From the NCBI GenBank assembly GCA_964016885.1, contig OZ024755.1, positions 21,576,001-21,640,000 on the forward strand: a stretch of DNA of 64,000 bases. The letters run 5' to 3'. Position numbers and translations under genes: made by a program. This stretch comes from Eledone cirrhosa. Its lineage: Eukaryota. Shown here piece by piece: positions 1 to 14,539 of this stretch. The notes beneath the pieces are model-generated. The model saw only the letters and a list, made by a program, of their open reading frames with translations, did no database searches and was not told where the DNA came from. Position 1 is the stretch's first letter. Each line of letters begins with the position of its first letter.

Positions 1-92
1 GTTAAGGGTGAAAGCAGCGATTCTTTGCTTAAACTTTAATCTGTTATTTTAAGAAATATTTGCTCTACGGTTTTTATATATTTTTATATATA

Positions 93-2622
93 CAGTGAGT
101 CCTCGATATACGGTATATATGCGTTCCTGAAACCCTTACCGTATATCGAATTACCGTATAAAGAACTCATTGTAACATGAAATAGATAGGGATGCGTTCC
201 AGCACATCGAAAAAGTCATCCCTACAGAAAAGAAATAATATTTTTTTTTTATTTACTGTACCTTACACATGCCGCGTGGTCCATCAGATGATGTGCCACT
301 TCATTTGTCCCTCCCGAGGCTAAGGGACAGTATGGGTTTCAGCCCTTACTCATCTTGGGCTGAGTTGGCAAGGGAGGATGAAGGTGATGTGGGAGGCTCA
401 AAACCAACAAACTCGTTGACTGCAGTGGATGTTGAAGGGCCAGCTGTAGCACGGTTGGCAGGTGTGACTGGCTTGAAGAAAGAGTAGATGGAGGACTGTT
501 TGGCGGTGTTTCTTTTGGCTTCATACATTTCTTGGTAAATCTTGACGCTTTTCTCGACGTCTTGAGCCACTTTGCTGCTCCTAGCAGGGTTGGGGTCACA
601 CTCCTTCAGGGTTTCTAAGATTGTTTCGATACTCCCGAGACATTCTCTTAGAGTTTTTATGTCCAAGCCACGCACAGGTTCTTCGTCCTCCTCTTCTTCT
701 TGTTCTGTCTCCTGTATCGCCTTGTCTAGTTCTATGAGTTCATCATTGGAGAGTGGTTCAGCATGGCTTTCCAAAAGGTCTTGCACATCATCATCATTAA
801 CACCATCGAAGCCAGCTCTATGGCAGAGATTTACAATATCTTTTTTTATCGCACCAATGTCCTCAGCAAAGCCTTGGAAGTCATTCACAGATGCTGGCCA
901 TAATTTCTTCCAGGCCATGGTAGACTGCTTCACTTCTTCCCAAGATGCCTTGATGTTGTTTAAGCCGTGCTTGATGTACAATTTCCACCATTCCCTGATC
1001 GTGGGCTTGTCAGGCCCATCTGTGCCCTTTATCAGCTGCTGCATGGTTCTCCGCTGGTAGTATGCCTTAAATGTTTTGATGACTGTTTGATCCATCGGCT
1101 GAATGAGAGCTGTGGTGTTTGGGGGGGGGGGGGGGGGCAAAACCTCAATATTTTCTGACCAGTCTTCCATTGCCCGTGGGTGGCTGGAGGCGTTGTCCAT
1201 TAATAGCAGAAAACGATTGGCAATGTTGTTAGCTAATGCATATTCCTTAAGGGTTGTTGACAGATATGAGGTGAAAAAATCCTGGTGAATTGAAATGATC
1301 AGCCATGCCTTCTTATTAGACTTCCATATCACTGGTAGGTATTGCTTAAGTAACCCCTTGAGTGCTCTTGGAGTTTCAGAATGGTAGATAATAAGTGGCT
1401 TTAGCTTTAAATCTCCTTCTGCATTCCCTCCAAGTAACAGAGTAACGCGGTCCTTTGAGGCTTTGAAACCCTTCGCACTTTTCTCCTCCTTGTCAATTAA
1501 TGGTACTACTGGTCATCTTTTTCCAATAAAGTCCTGTTTCATCATAATTAATAACCTGCTTTTTTCTGTACCCCTTCTCTGCAATGCATTTCTCTAACTC
1601 TGCCTTGAATTTTTCAGCACTCTCTTTGTCGGAACTGGCAGCCTCACCTGTAACTTTTATGTTGTGAAGACTCGAACATCGTTTGAACTTATCAAACCAG
1701 CCTTTGCTTGCCTTGAATACAAAGTCCTCCACCCCCATTTCAGTCTTGAGCATGTCAATAATGGACAATGCTTTCTCACTGATTACATTTAAAGACAGAG
1801 GCATATTTTGATGATTTTGGTCGTCGATCCAAATTTTGAGCAACCTTTCCATCCTATCCATAATCGGCTCACGATGTTTGGTCAACAATTTACTCTGCAG
1901 ACTCGTAGTATTCTCCACAGCTTTTTCTGACAGCCTCACTATTTTTTAAAACAGTCAAGACTGTAGACTCGGCTAGGCCTAAGTTAACACTTATGGTGGA
2001 CGTACCTTGCCCCTGTTCTTTCCTTTTCAAAATGTCCAGCTTTATCTCCAAAGTCAGGCTCTTCTTCATGCGTTTGGCCTTTCCATCTGCATCAGCAATA
2101 TTCACAGGGCGTTTTGGGGCCATGAGATATGGGGTTATAAGATATGCAGTGATAATTATGCTTCAAAAACACGCCGTCGGGTTTTCTCTTACTTTGAATA
2201 ACGTCATAACTCTTAACTGATCACTTTTTTTTTTTTTTTTTACAGTTGATATTTTTTTTTATTAAAGCGTGTTCATATCTCACTGAGAGGACACGCTAGT
2301 TTGCCGAACCGAAGTAATCAGCTAAGAGTTATGACATCATCGATCGATATCTGAACTCGCTCGTTTCTCGGTAAGATCAGTTAGTACGATAGCAGTACTA
2401 ACACAATTTTCCTAGAATTCGAATAGCAGTCAGTTTCCACGAATTCAAGAGGGAAATTATTGCTTACTACAGCTGGCGCTACGGTACAATATAAACAAAA
2501 CACGACCAAAAACCGTATCTGTGAATTTTTTTTACCGTAAATAGAATTGATGGTAGTAATTACCCAAAACCGTATCTGTGAATTTACCGGATAAAGAACT
2601 ACCGTATATCGAGGACCCACTG
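93..2622 (-). mobile_element. Full-length Tigger/pogo-family DNA transposon (Tc1/mariner superfamily)
   Basis: 23-bp TIRs CAGTGAGTCCTCGATATACGGTA (93-115) and TACCGTATATCGAGGACCCACTG (2600-2622) differ by 1 mismatch. Both are flanked by TA (91-92, 2623-2624) and enclose transposase fragments. Confidence 0.93.
346..2123 (-). pseudogene. Frameshifted Tigger-like transposase (HTH_psq + CENP-B-type HTH + DDE_1)
   Basis: ORF 1890-2123 MAPKR...KSLTLEIKLDILKR (psq-like HTH). ORF 1493-1939 MERLLKIWIDDQ...FKASKGWFDKFK...INYDETGLYWK. ORF 346-1332 LLLMDNASSH, PPNTTALIQPMDQ..IKTFKAYY, and C-terminal KQSSIYSFFK. The coding region is split over several frames. Confidence 0.9.
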
Positions 2623-3331
2623 TATCTTTATCGAACCCTCTTCGGATTTTAATCTTCACATTGTTATTATTACTATATATATATGAATGTAACAATGAAA
2701 AGTGGTTCGCATTTCATGTCTTATATCTTAAAACATCTGAAAATTATCGTATATAGCTTCCAAATTAATCAAGCCTAACATTATTTCGTATGTAGAAGAG
2801 GTTAATGTAAAAGTTGGATCTTGAAAAAAAAATGATACTAATCATAATTGACGCTATAATGAATAGGACACTGGTAATGATGTTCGGGGCAGTTACAGAA
2901 GAGTTTAGTTAGACGAAAGTGATGTGAATTAACACACGGGATCAATATTAAAGCTTGCAATATTATCTGCCTTTGTCGTAGTAATGAAGGCTTGCCTGCA
3001 CTGTTGACACGGCATTCGAAAACACCCACCTCTGATCAGAAATGCCTTTGGCGCCAATTAGATATTGCATACAGTGATCACATTACAAATAGCGTGATTA
3101 TATAATATAATTTCTTATGCCATATATAATATATATAAGACGAAGGTGAGAAGGCACCTGCTGATGTTCATAATAAAGAGATGGCGTTGGTTAAAATACC
3201 AAAAAATAGGTTTATTAACAAATAAAAAGTAAATTAGAATCAAAGCTATTTAAGAGACAGTGTCGAAGATGCGTTAATGCTGAAGTTTTCTTTCAAATTG
3301 GTTGCATAAAGTGACGAAAGAATGGTATATG

Positions 3332-3890
3332 GAGTTGTGGATTGGCAGAATCGGTAGAGCGTCGGACAACATGCTTTGCGGCATATAGTTTATGACATTT
3401 TACGTTCTGAGTTCAAATCCCGCCGAGGTTAGCTTTGCCTTTCACCTTAAGGGGTCGATAAATAAAGTACCAGTAATACACTGGGGTCGTTTTAATGGAT
3501 TCTCCCTTTCCCCAAAATTGCTGGCCTTGTGTCTAAAGTAGAAACAATTATATGCGGTGGCTTGGCAGTAGTATCGGTAGAGCATCGGACAAAATTCTTT
3601 GCAGCATATAGTTATATCCCTTTACGTTCTGAGTTCAAATCCCGCTAAAATCGACTTGCCTGTCCCCAAAAAATTGCTGGCCTTGTGCTTTAATCAGAAA
3701 CCAATATTTTGTTATGGCTTTTTATAGTCCGAGTTTAAATCTAGCCGAGGTCGACTTTCCTTTTTATCCTTTCAGGATCAATATAATCGATATAATCAAT
3801 CGAACACCAATCGCATACTGAGGTCGATCTATTCGACCAGCTCTCAACTCCACTAAAATCGTTGGTCTTGCACCTAAATAACCATTGTTT
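3332..3890 (+). mobile_element. Three tandem copies of tRNA-derived SINE family S1
   Basis: A-box-like TGGCAGAATCGGTAG and B-box GAGTTCAAATCC, then GCCGAGGTTAGCTTTGCCTTTCA..GGGGTCGATAAATAAAGTACCAG. The same family recurs more than a dozen times in the window. Confidence 0.75.
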
Positions 3891-4056
3891 TTACAAATTG
3901 CCGATCGATATCGACGAAATTGCACCCGTGTTGTGTCCTACAAGATATTGGGAATGAAAGTAAAAAATATAATATATCTACTAGAGAGAGAGAGCTATTT
4001 TAATACAAGTGGGTGTATATATATACATGTGCGTGTGTATGTGTATGTATGTATGC

Positions 4057-4057
<1 letters not shown>

Positions 4058-4093
<36 letters not shown>

Positions 4094-4096
4094 TAT

Positions 4097-4151
<55 letters not shown>

Positions 4152-4189
4152 ATATATATATATAATATATATATATATATATAATATAT

Positions 4190-4246
<57 letters not shown>

Positions 4247-4273
4247 TATATATAATATATATATATATAATAT

Positions 4274-4342
<69 letters not shown>

Positions 4343-4540
4343 TATAATATATATATATATATAATATATTATATATATATAATATATTATATATATATAT
4401 AATATATTATATATATATAATATATTATATATATATAATATAATATATATATATATAATATATTATATATATATATAATATATATATATAATATATATAT
4501 ATAATATATATATAATATATATATATATATCATATATTAT

Positions 4541-4572
<32 letters not shown>

Positions 4573-4641
4573 ATATATTATATATATATAATATATTATA
4601 TATATATAATATATATATATATAATATATTATATATATATA

Positions 4642-4714
<73 letters not shown>

Positions 4715-4728
4715 TATATATTATATAT

Positions 4729-4760
<32 letters not shown>

Positions 4761-4820
4761 ATATATATATATATAATATAATATATAAATGTGTGTGTGT
4801 ATATATATATATATACACAC
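4058..4820. repeat. Long interrupted (TA)n microsatellite
   Basis: Direct reading. Many other (TA)n, (CA)n and (TACA)n tracts occur throughout the window. Confidence 0.95.
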
Positions 4821-5299
4821 ACACATGTTTATGTTACACACGCATGTGCAACTATTTTCTTAAAATATAGTGACGCAGGTGTATAACAGTTTAGTAATTC
4901 AATTTAAATGAGTATATATTTAGATGTATATAGAATGGAGAATAGAAATGGCTGTGTAGTTGCTATTTAAGGTAACTTAAAATGCAGTGGGAATTCGAAG
5001 AAAGCAAGAACGGGGGCGGGGGTCCTCATCAGTTTTCTACTGGGGGCCTCGGAGATTTCTACGCTTTAAAGACAAGATATCTCACCCCAGGGCGTCAATA
5101 ACTGGATAAGTTATTGGGAAAATGGAGGAGGAAGGGAAGGAAAGTAAAGGGCAAGAAAAGAGAAAACAGTAAAGAAAAAACTGCGAAAAAAAAACAACAA
5201 ACCGAGCAATGTGCGAGCAACTATAGGTAAGGAAATCCAATATATCCAATATATATATATATATAAATCCAATATATATATATATCTAATATATATATA

Positions 5300-5419
5300 C
5301 AGGGTTTGGACAAAATAATGGAAACACCTAGCATCATAGCATCATAATTTTGAAATATCTAAAAAACCGTCAAAAGCTTGTTTATATTTGTTTTTTGATT
5401 TATTATTAGTGTTGCTTAA

Positions 5420-5420
<1 letters not shown>
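5300..5420 (+). mobile_element. Tc1-like transposon terminal fragment
   Basis: TA|CAGGGTTTGGACAAAATAATGGAAACACC resembles Tc1-type TIR starts. No partner TIR was seen. Confidence 0.45.
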
Positions 5421-5480
<60 letters not shown>

Positions 5481-5714
5481 AAACAATGAAATTAAACCAA
5501 AAACCGTTAATTCATAGTAAAACTCATTATTTACTATGAATTAACCATTTTTTGTTTAATTTCATTGTTTTAATATTTCTATTTTTGACTCTGTATCCAA
5601 TGAATTATATCGTTGACAATTTTGTATTTTTAACTTTGCTTCACGACATCTACATACGGATTACATTGAGTTCTTCATACGGTTTAGACCCTACCATTAA
5701 TTGGTGGATTTATT

Positions 5715-5795
<81 letters not shown>

Positions 5796-5908
5796 GTTTG
5801 TATATGTATAATAAAGCCAAAACAATGCAGGTATGGACATAGAATAAAGAATGCAAATGCAAAAGATATTGTTGACAATTAGTCTTTTACCTTAGATTTA
5901 TTTAAATG

Positions 5909-5948
5909 TCCTTAATTTTCGAGATAATATCTCTTCTTCGGAGGGAAG
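5909..5948 (-). ncRNA. Degenerate hammerhead ribozyme motif
   Basis: Minus strand reads CCGAAGA-AGAGATATTATCTC-GAAA-ATTA. Stem II is a clean hairpin, the core has a U-to-C change, and (TA)n lies about 120 nt downstream. Confidence 0.4.
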
Positions 5949-6046
5949 TAAAGCGGTTGAACCAGTGTTCTAAATAGCTTGCCAAGTCATGCTGACAAGA
6001 AATGGTACCATTTCCTGTCAGCATGACTTGGCAAGCTATATTAAAA

Positions 6047-6116
<70 letters not shown>

Positions 6117-6266
6117 TTTTAATATAGATGAGATTTTACAGGACTAGAACTGTTTCATTATTTTATACTTATGCTATGTATTGAGTACCTTAAAACTTTT
6201 ATACTCTGCTATGTATTGAGTACCTTACTTACTGTGGTTACCTCCGATGATTCAACCCGGAATAAC

Positions 6267-6324
<58 letters not shown>

Positions 6325-6473
6325 CGAAGGAAGTGTGGTAAGGAACCAGGTGAACCAGAACGCACCAGAGTACTCGATACTTAGGATAAGAGAGTTAGGA
6401 CCCCGACAGCTGTTTAGTTCGGATCTAGCTGTCAAAACGGCCGGAGCTCAGCCGTCGGGGTCCTGACTCTTTT

Positions 6474-6546
<73 letters not shown>

Positions 6547-6571
6547 CATATATTTATATAACACACACATA

Positions 6572-6638
<67 letters not shown>

Positions 6639-6646
6639 TTTATATA

Positions 6647-6710
<64 letters not shown>

Positions 6711-6718
6711 TTTATATA

Positions 6719-6782
<64 letters not shown>

Positions 6783-6790
6783 TTTATATA

Positions 6791-6830
<40 letters not shown>

Positions 6831-6998
6831 AATCGATCGATCGAATTTCATCAAATCGGACCGAGGAAACAATGTTTCCATGGGTCTTTCCAATTGCTAA
6901 TACTATCTATCGGTCGCAACTCCATATAGAAGGAGCAGCGTGAAACAAAGTGCCTTGCTCAAGAAAACAACACATTACCCGATCCGAGAATTGAACTC

Positions 6999-7036
<38 letters not shown>

Positions 7037-7037
<1 letters not shown>

Positions 7038-7240
7038 CGAACGAAATGTGGTAAGGAACCAGATGGACCATAACGCACCAAAGTACTCAATACTTAGGGT
7101 AGTAGAGTGGGTGATAGGAACGAGTAGGACCCCGACGGCTGAGCTCAAGCCGTTTCGACGGGTGATTCTGGACTAAAATTTAGTCCAGAATTAGCCGTCG
7201 AAACGGCTTGAGCTCAGCCGTCGGGGTCCTACTCGTTCCT
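7037..7240 (-). mobile_element. (TA)n-embedded asymmetric foldback element, family A, carrying the 3' half of a hammerhead
   Basis: GAAA-CGGCT(tgagctc)AGCCG-TC|GGGGTCC (stem III plus GUC triplet) is on both arms. The long arm runs about 105 nt to (TA)n and the short arm about 17 nt. Other copies: 6323-6475, 8176-8324, 23033-23153, 25838-26040, 28288-28345, 32921-33072, 52746-52886. Confidence 0.75.
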
Positions 7241-7615
7241 ATATATATATATATAAGGAGAGAAAAACATGTCCTTTATAGGCTATTGTCCGAGTTAACC
7301 GATAGAAAGGGATTACTATTGAAAATATAGACATTCCTCCTGTCAGATGGTAGTGGTGGCGGTGTTACAAGCTGTGAAGTAGTTGACGTTAGGAAAGACA
7401 TCCAGCCGTATAAACCATGAAGGGAACGTATTGACGTAAACACAATCACCTGGCCTTGTCTAACTACAGAACATGAGAACCCGTCTAATCCATGCAAGTA
7501 TGGATGAATAAAAACATATATTTAATGCAACAATTATAAATTTATTCATTCTGTTTGATTAAAGAAAAAAATAATCTTTAAATATACTTCTGTGCATTTT
7601 CACCTTCAGTTTTAA

Positions 7616-7707
<92 letters not shown>

Positions 7708-7800
7708 GTAAATATATATACATATGTTTCATCTTATTCGGATCCTCAGCTCGGTTCCGAGCATTTGTTCTCGGTATTGTGAACTAACTGTTGTGGAACT

Positions 7801-8114
<314 letters not shown>

Positions 8115-8323
8115 TATATATATAAACACAATATATATATATACACACAATATATATATATATATATATATATATAGGAACCAGTAAGACCCCGACAGCT
8201 GAGCTCAAGCCGTTTCGACGGCTGTCGGGGTCTTACTGGTTCCTATTACCCACTCTACTACCTCAAGTATTGAGTACTTTGGTGCGTTATGGTCCACCTG
8301 GTTCCTTACCACATTTCCTTCGT

Positions 8324-8422
<99 letters not shown>

Positions 8423-8423
8423 A

Positions 8424-8456
<33 letters not shown>

Positions 8457-10439
8457 ATATATAAACAATTTTATAGTAAATCGCTCATCGGTAATAAATT
8501 TTTGTTTTTAAATCTGCCTCTCTCTGATATCAAAACAATAACTCTGTACTAAATAAATGTCTTCATTTACAACGTAACAGATTTGAATAAAACGTGAAAC
8601 TAAACCTGGGGTGAAATTCAGGCTATTACTACCATTCTTCAAATTTTATACAAATGAAAGATGAAGATTAATGAACATTACAAATATTTTCAATGATGGC
8701 TTTTTGATAATTTTAACATCTTTACAATTAGCAGTTCTCGAAATTCTAAAATTTCTTTTATAAAGTGATTCTTTATATTTCTGTATATTTTTCTTCTATA
8801 TTTGCGTGTTCAGATTTCAATAGCTGTGGAAGAAGTAGTGATAGTTCGCTAACAACCCTTCCTTAACAACGTATAATTATTCACTACTACAAAGCACACA
8901 ACACATGCAAATAAATGAAAATTAGACTCATTAGATTAGATTTCCCCAAAGCACTTTTAACTTTTTTATATTGGCGGCAGATATTACAAATACACACGTG
9001 AGTGTCTGAAAGTAGGGAAAGTAATATTTCTTCAAGGTAAATAGAAGAATAGTCTCACTTTTGAAAAAGATTTACTAAAACCTTAGATTTCTTTGGAAAT
9101 TCATCTGCAATAAAATCTAATAAACCTCATCGTTTCTAATATCACACTGCCATTATTGCATCTCATCATAATATTTGAATGTTATACAAACAAAAGTATT
9201 TTTCAATGTCTTCTTCTTCTTCTTCTTCTTCTTCTTCTTCTTCGCCCTCTTATTCCTAAAGGGGTCTCCTGTCGGTTGGTTTTGCCCATAAAAATATGTC
9301 CAGCGATTCTTTCCTGGGACATTCTAACCAACATGTCTGTAATATCACATGTCGTGATCTTTCAATTTGGAGAAGTAGCGGCTCTACTTGGAAATATCAA
9401 AACTGTCTTTTATATGAACTAATTGTTCTGCTTTGTTTCTACTTTTGGCACAAGGCTAGCAATTTGAAGGGAAAGAGAAAAGTAGATTAAATCGACCCCA
9501 GTGCATTACTGGACATATAATTGATAAAGTGCACTTATAGATCTGCAAATATTCCTGTCAAAAATGTAACACCCAAACAATAACAGAGTACAGCACCATA
9601 TATATATGTGACTTCAAACAATCTTTTTACTTAGTCTGATATACAGGGTAAATAAAATATAAACAATTCTAATTTTGATATACTTTCATTAATATTTAGA
9701 CTTTATTCTACATTTTCAATGCAGCTATCAACATTTACACTTCCTTTACTGTCCTTGTGAACTCTACTTCCTGTCTCCATTCACCTATTCACTTTTTTTC
9801 TTACTTCTGGTAATCATAACTATTTTACGGGAACGTTCATATACATTGTTGATATATTTAATATATTATTGTTCGTATCGTTGTTTGTTTTTCATATGCC
9901 TTTGTGGAATTAAGAATTATTTTGTTTGTGTTGTTGTTCATGTTTGTTTTGTTGATGTTGAACTATAATTGCATGATTGTCTGTAATTTTTCTATATTAG
10001 TACGAAACTGATGTACGAGGCTACAAAAACAGTTTGGGAGCTTTAAAGAGCAGAACTGTTTACCCCTTGGAGTCCGTGGCTATGAATATGGCCACATTCG
10101 AGATATACAAGACAAGAATCCTTCCACGGGGTAGAAGGACAAGCAAAAGACATTATGGAAACAAATTTAAACAATTCGACTCTAAGGTTTTACGAGCGAG
10201 GTTAATAAAAATCATAAACCAGAAACATTTCTTTTTCTGTATGTTTAACTAAATATTAAATCTGCCAGTGCACGGCAAGGCACTACAGACGTCGTCGCCA
10301 TCCACTGCAGCCACGTACCACCGGATTCTGGCTTCTGCGGCCGTGTGAGTGGGACCATCACTGTGCACTGGCCCTCCCACTATAAACCTTTATCTCACAG
10401 ATTTCTTCTTTAGCGTGCACTCCCAAAGCCCTGCGGCGA

Positions 10440-10637
10440 TGGTCACTGAAGCCCGTGAAAGGAGGAGAAAGGCATCAGCAGCTTCCCCAACCGACTCCGG
10501 TCTCTTCCCCTGCCCCCACTGTCCCCGGACTTGCAAGTCAAGGATCGGCCTCCACAACCACCTTCGTGCCCATGGCAGACGGGAACTAAAATAAAGAAGA
10601 TGTTATCATCGTTTACGATGGACAACCAAGAGAAGAA
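10440..10637 (+). mobile_element. RTE-clade LINE 3' end with C-terminal C2H2 finger
   Basis: EARERRRK...FPCPHCPRTCKSRIGLHNHLRAH followed by a short 3' UTR, a typical RTE/BovB-type C-terminus. Confidence 0.7.
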
Positions 10638-11586
10638 ATCTGCCAGTTGTTTGTCGTTCTACTTCTATAAATTTACCAAAAATAACGGCGAAATATTCCT
10701 CAAATCACACCCTACTGTCATATATAGGGAACTGGGATTGTAAATATAGTAATTTTGCATAGTCCTGAAAATGATAGGATAGTCATGATTGGAATCCATT
10801 TGATCAGGGGCCTACTTAATCAGAGATTCGGTCAAGTTAAACGAAAACAATTTAGCCACCAACAATTCTCAACTCTTAAATATCTCTCGTTCTTATAGTT
10901 GTTGTTGTTAAACCAAACAATAAACTAGTTTATTTAGCTAATAGCCACACTTTCAATATATCTTTCATTTTAAATAAATTCAAACATTAAGTTGAAATAG
11001 GGTTAAAACCAAACTAACAATTATATAATAGCTGCTTTGAATTAGTGGTTAGAGAATTGATTTTGCCATCGTGAATTGCGAGTTTCAATTCCAAGACCGG
11101 GCGATGCGTTATGTCCTTGAGCAAGACACTTTATTTCGCGTTGCTCCTTCCTGCCAGAAGTTGCAACCGGGATCAGGAGAAAGTATCAGCAATTGGAAAG
11201 ACCAATGGAAAATATTGTTTCCTTGGTATGATTTGACGAGCTACACCTCACTCAGTAATTGAACGAGGTCTGGGATCTTGTCGATCTTTCACTTATGATG
11301 GATTGTTTGAGAGTAAATATAAACCCAGAAGAAACAAATCTATGAAAGACAGTTTCTGACTGAATAACCGCACTAGTATAACATACAAAAGAAGTTTAAT
11401 ATCAGAAACTAGAACCAACATAGATACAATACATTCTCTAGCAGGTGAACAATATTTAAATAATCATTATTGTCAAACGACTCAATTTTAGTACAATATT
11501 GCTTAATAAAAGATATAGTAACGGGTTAACAATAGAATTTATAATCTCTCTCTCTTAGACACTCTATATATATCTATATATATATT

Positions 11587-11641
<55 letters not shown>

Positions 11642-11751
11642 ATCAAACATTGATTTTTTTTTTCTTCTTCATTCTGCTATGGTAGTCAACAATGCCTCTA
11701 AACCTAGTCTTACTTTTGAAGTAGTGTTAGTAATTCTTTCAGTGAGTTTTC

Positions 11752-11793
<42 letters not shown>

Positions 11794-11823
11794 CATCTTC
11801 GCCACTGATACAGTATGTGTATG

Positions 11824-11859
<36 letters not shown>

Positions 11860-11983
11860 TGTATATATAGTGTATTTTGCAATACACTGTATGCTTAATT
11901 AAAAGCATTTCGAAGACCTTATGCTATTGTTTTAGAGTAGTGACAGTCTCACTTACTTTAATTTTCAGCAAACAGGGGAGATA

Positions 11984-12030
11984 AAGCTGACAGAGCCCTG
12001 TTTCGCATTTTTTTATGCTTATCAAAGCTA
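11984..12030 (-). ncRNA. Degenerate hammerhead ribozyme motif
   Basis: Minus strand reads AGCT-TTGATAA-GCATAAAAAAATGC-GAAA-CAGggctCTG-TC-AGCT. All three stems pair, the core has two transitions, and (TA)n lies about 115 nt downstream. Confidence 0.55.
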
Positions 12031-12673
12031 ACTACACCTTCTGTTTGCTGAAAATCATGGATGTTTGATTCTTATAGAATTCTAGTAAATAATCAGGAAC
12101 TGATTATACAGAGCGGTTGCCGGTCAAGCAGAAATTGAAAATTAGAATTGGTGCTCTAATAATTAAATCATATAAAAGAGGTAGTATGCATGTATAATAC
12201 GTTGGTAGATTTTAGGCCCCGAGTTTTAGGAAGAAAGAAAAAGAGCGTGTTATACGCCGATAAACACTGCAGTTATTTGTGACTGCGTCTTCTACACTTA
12301 TGGTTGTATTGCGGCCTGAGTAAACAACTTCTGAATCAATCATTTCTCTTTTGATTATTTCCCATGTCAAATATTGTTATTTTGCAGATAAAAGCAAACC
12401 ATTCACGTTTCAATGTTCAAACGAATGATTGAATTTGGCGTCAAGCCATACTATTACATAATTTTAACTCTAAATTAGTGTTGAAATATGGCGAATATCA
12501 GCTTAGTCTCAGTTAAAGCAATTGTTACAAAAGGCAAATCTATCCATCGATCAACATTCAACTTTATTACGTCCATTGGCATTATTATTATAACGGCTAC
12601 ATCTGTTCCTTAGAATTTATTACAACTACTAATGAACATTGTAAATCTGCCAATAAAATCATATATATATATA

Positions 12674-13080
12674 CGAGTGTAATCCCAAAAGTAAGGTCTC
12701 CAAAGCGATGGGGACGCAGAGAAACTGTTCGTACGGCTGTTGGCAACACTGTTGTGATTGGAGCTTCCTTCACTCGCAAACAAGCATGCGTGCGCTTCGC
12801 TGGGATGCTCAATCTTGGCTTGGCAGCCGTTGAGAATGGAACTCCCGTTGAACGCTACCGCCAAGTGCGAATTTCCCGCAGTTATTATATAGAGGCCAAT
12901 CCCAAAAGTAAGGTCTCCTTCCGAGGAAAACATGCGAAAAGATCGGCGGATCACTCTGGATGCTCTCTGCATTTTGATTTTGGTTCCTGAGGTTTCCCGA
13001 AGCACAGGATTTTAACGGAAAAGTTGCAATATCGGAAATTGCAATATCGGAAGGAGACCTTACTTTTGGGATTGCCCTCG
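12674..13080 (+). mobile_element. Mariner-type non-autonomous element, composite with two left TIRs and one right TIR
   Basis: TA|CGAGTGTAATCCCAAAAGTAAGGTCTCC at 12674, a second left TIR near 12890, and inverted GGAGACCTTACTTTTGGGATTGCCCTCG|TA ending 13080. Internal ATGGAACTCCCG ([12 protein letters not shown]) resembles a mariner transposase N-terminus. Confidence 0.75.
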
Positions 13081-13090
13081 TATATATATG

Positions 13091-13344
<254 letters not shown>

Positions 13345-13468
13345 AAAAAAGGTTGGGAACCCCAGTTCAAATTGAACATCGATCGTATCAACCATTCCAG
13401 CCTAGCTTAGTAACACTCAACTTTGCTACCTATATGACAAACAATAAATAGTAAAATACCAATATCCA

Positions 13469-13524
<56 letters not shown>

Positions 13525-13608
13525 AGTTTATCCCGGGTTCAATCGAAAGTAACCACAGTAAGTAAGGTACTCAATACAAAGCAGAGTATAAATATTTAAT
13601 ATAGAAAA

Positions 13609-13659
13609 GGCTTCTACAGGACTAGAACTGTTTCATTCGGGAGAAATCATCAGGAAGCC
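13609..13659 (-). ncRNA. Type I hammerhead ribozyme, intact core
   Basis: GGCTTC-CTGATGA-TTTCTCCCGAAT-GAAA-CAGttctagtcCTG-TA-GAAGCC. Stem I is a perfect 6 bp, stem III pairs, and the triplet is GUA. An inverted copy at 13690-13740 (+) has core CTGATGG. A related element fragment lies at 6113-6268. Confidence 0.75.
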
Positions 13660-13741
13660 GACTGTCCAAGTAATCTTACTTAGACAGTCGGCTTCCTGAT
13701 GGTTTCTCCCAAATGAAACAGTTCTAGTCCTGTAGAAGCCT

Positions 13742-13772
<31 letters not shown>

Positions 13773-13873
13773 TATAATAAATGAAAACGATATTTATTTC
13801 ATTATACATTACTGTAATGGTTGCATTCTTTAAGGGTATGTCAATATTTATTTATAAAACTGCTCTATATTAT

Positions 13874-13937
13874 ATTTTATCTGATGAAAGCACACCATAA
13901 TTTAACTCGATGTCCTTGAAATATGTATAATGAAATA
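13874..13937 (+). ncRNA. Type I minimal hammerhead ribozyme
   Basis: ATTTTAT-CTGATGA-AAG...CTT-GAAA-TATGTA-TA-ATGAAAT. Same family as 59991-60049. A short inverted arm lies at about 13775-13810 and (TA)n about 140 nt downstream. Confidence 0.6.
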
Positions 13938-14076
13938 AATATCGTTTTATAAATATAGTTTCCATTTGTTAATATCGTATTTTTACTCCAATTATTTGTT
14001 GAGTGCTTTATATCAGTTATAAAAATATTTGCTTGTTGTATCCCAACAATTTAAATAGAACTTTTACATATATAAA

Positions 14077-14108
<32 letters not shown>

Positions 14109-14539
14109 TTAGAAATATAAGCTTTCACCGCATTTTAGACTAAAGAAATTTTAGCCTGATAGTGGGGTTTATAACCCTCAGAGAAGTGGAAAAAGATGAG
14201 TATTGACGTACATGGAAGTCGAACCCACATCTTTGGTTATATTTCTAATTTCTAATTTCAAATTCGTGCACCGCTTCAAAAACATATTTACTTGTTTATA
14301 TATATATATATAATTATATATTAAAACTCCATATTTCTTTTCAATGGCTGACAATACCTTACCGGCGCCACTCGAATAAGGTAGTTATTTAACCCATAAA
14401 TGAAGCCCTAACAGGTACTACCACCCCGGGCCAGGGCAGACCTGGGAGTCATGACAACTAAGGGGTAACTCCACATTCCCCACATCTCCTGAACTCCCGA
14501 ACTGGAGCCTTGCCACTGGATGTAGTTTAATGTCATACC

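Noticed and set aside
10349-10594. Host C2H2 zinc-finger gene
   Set aside because: A single finger with the SRIGL motif and a short tail is the C-terminus of an RTE LINE.
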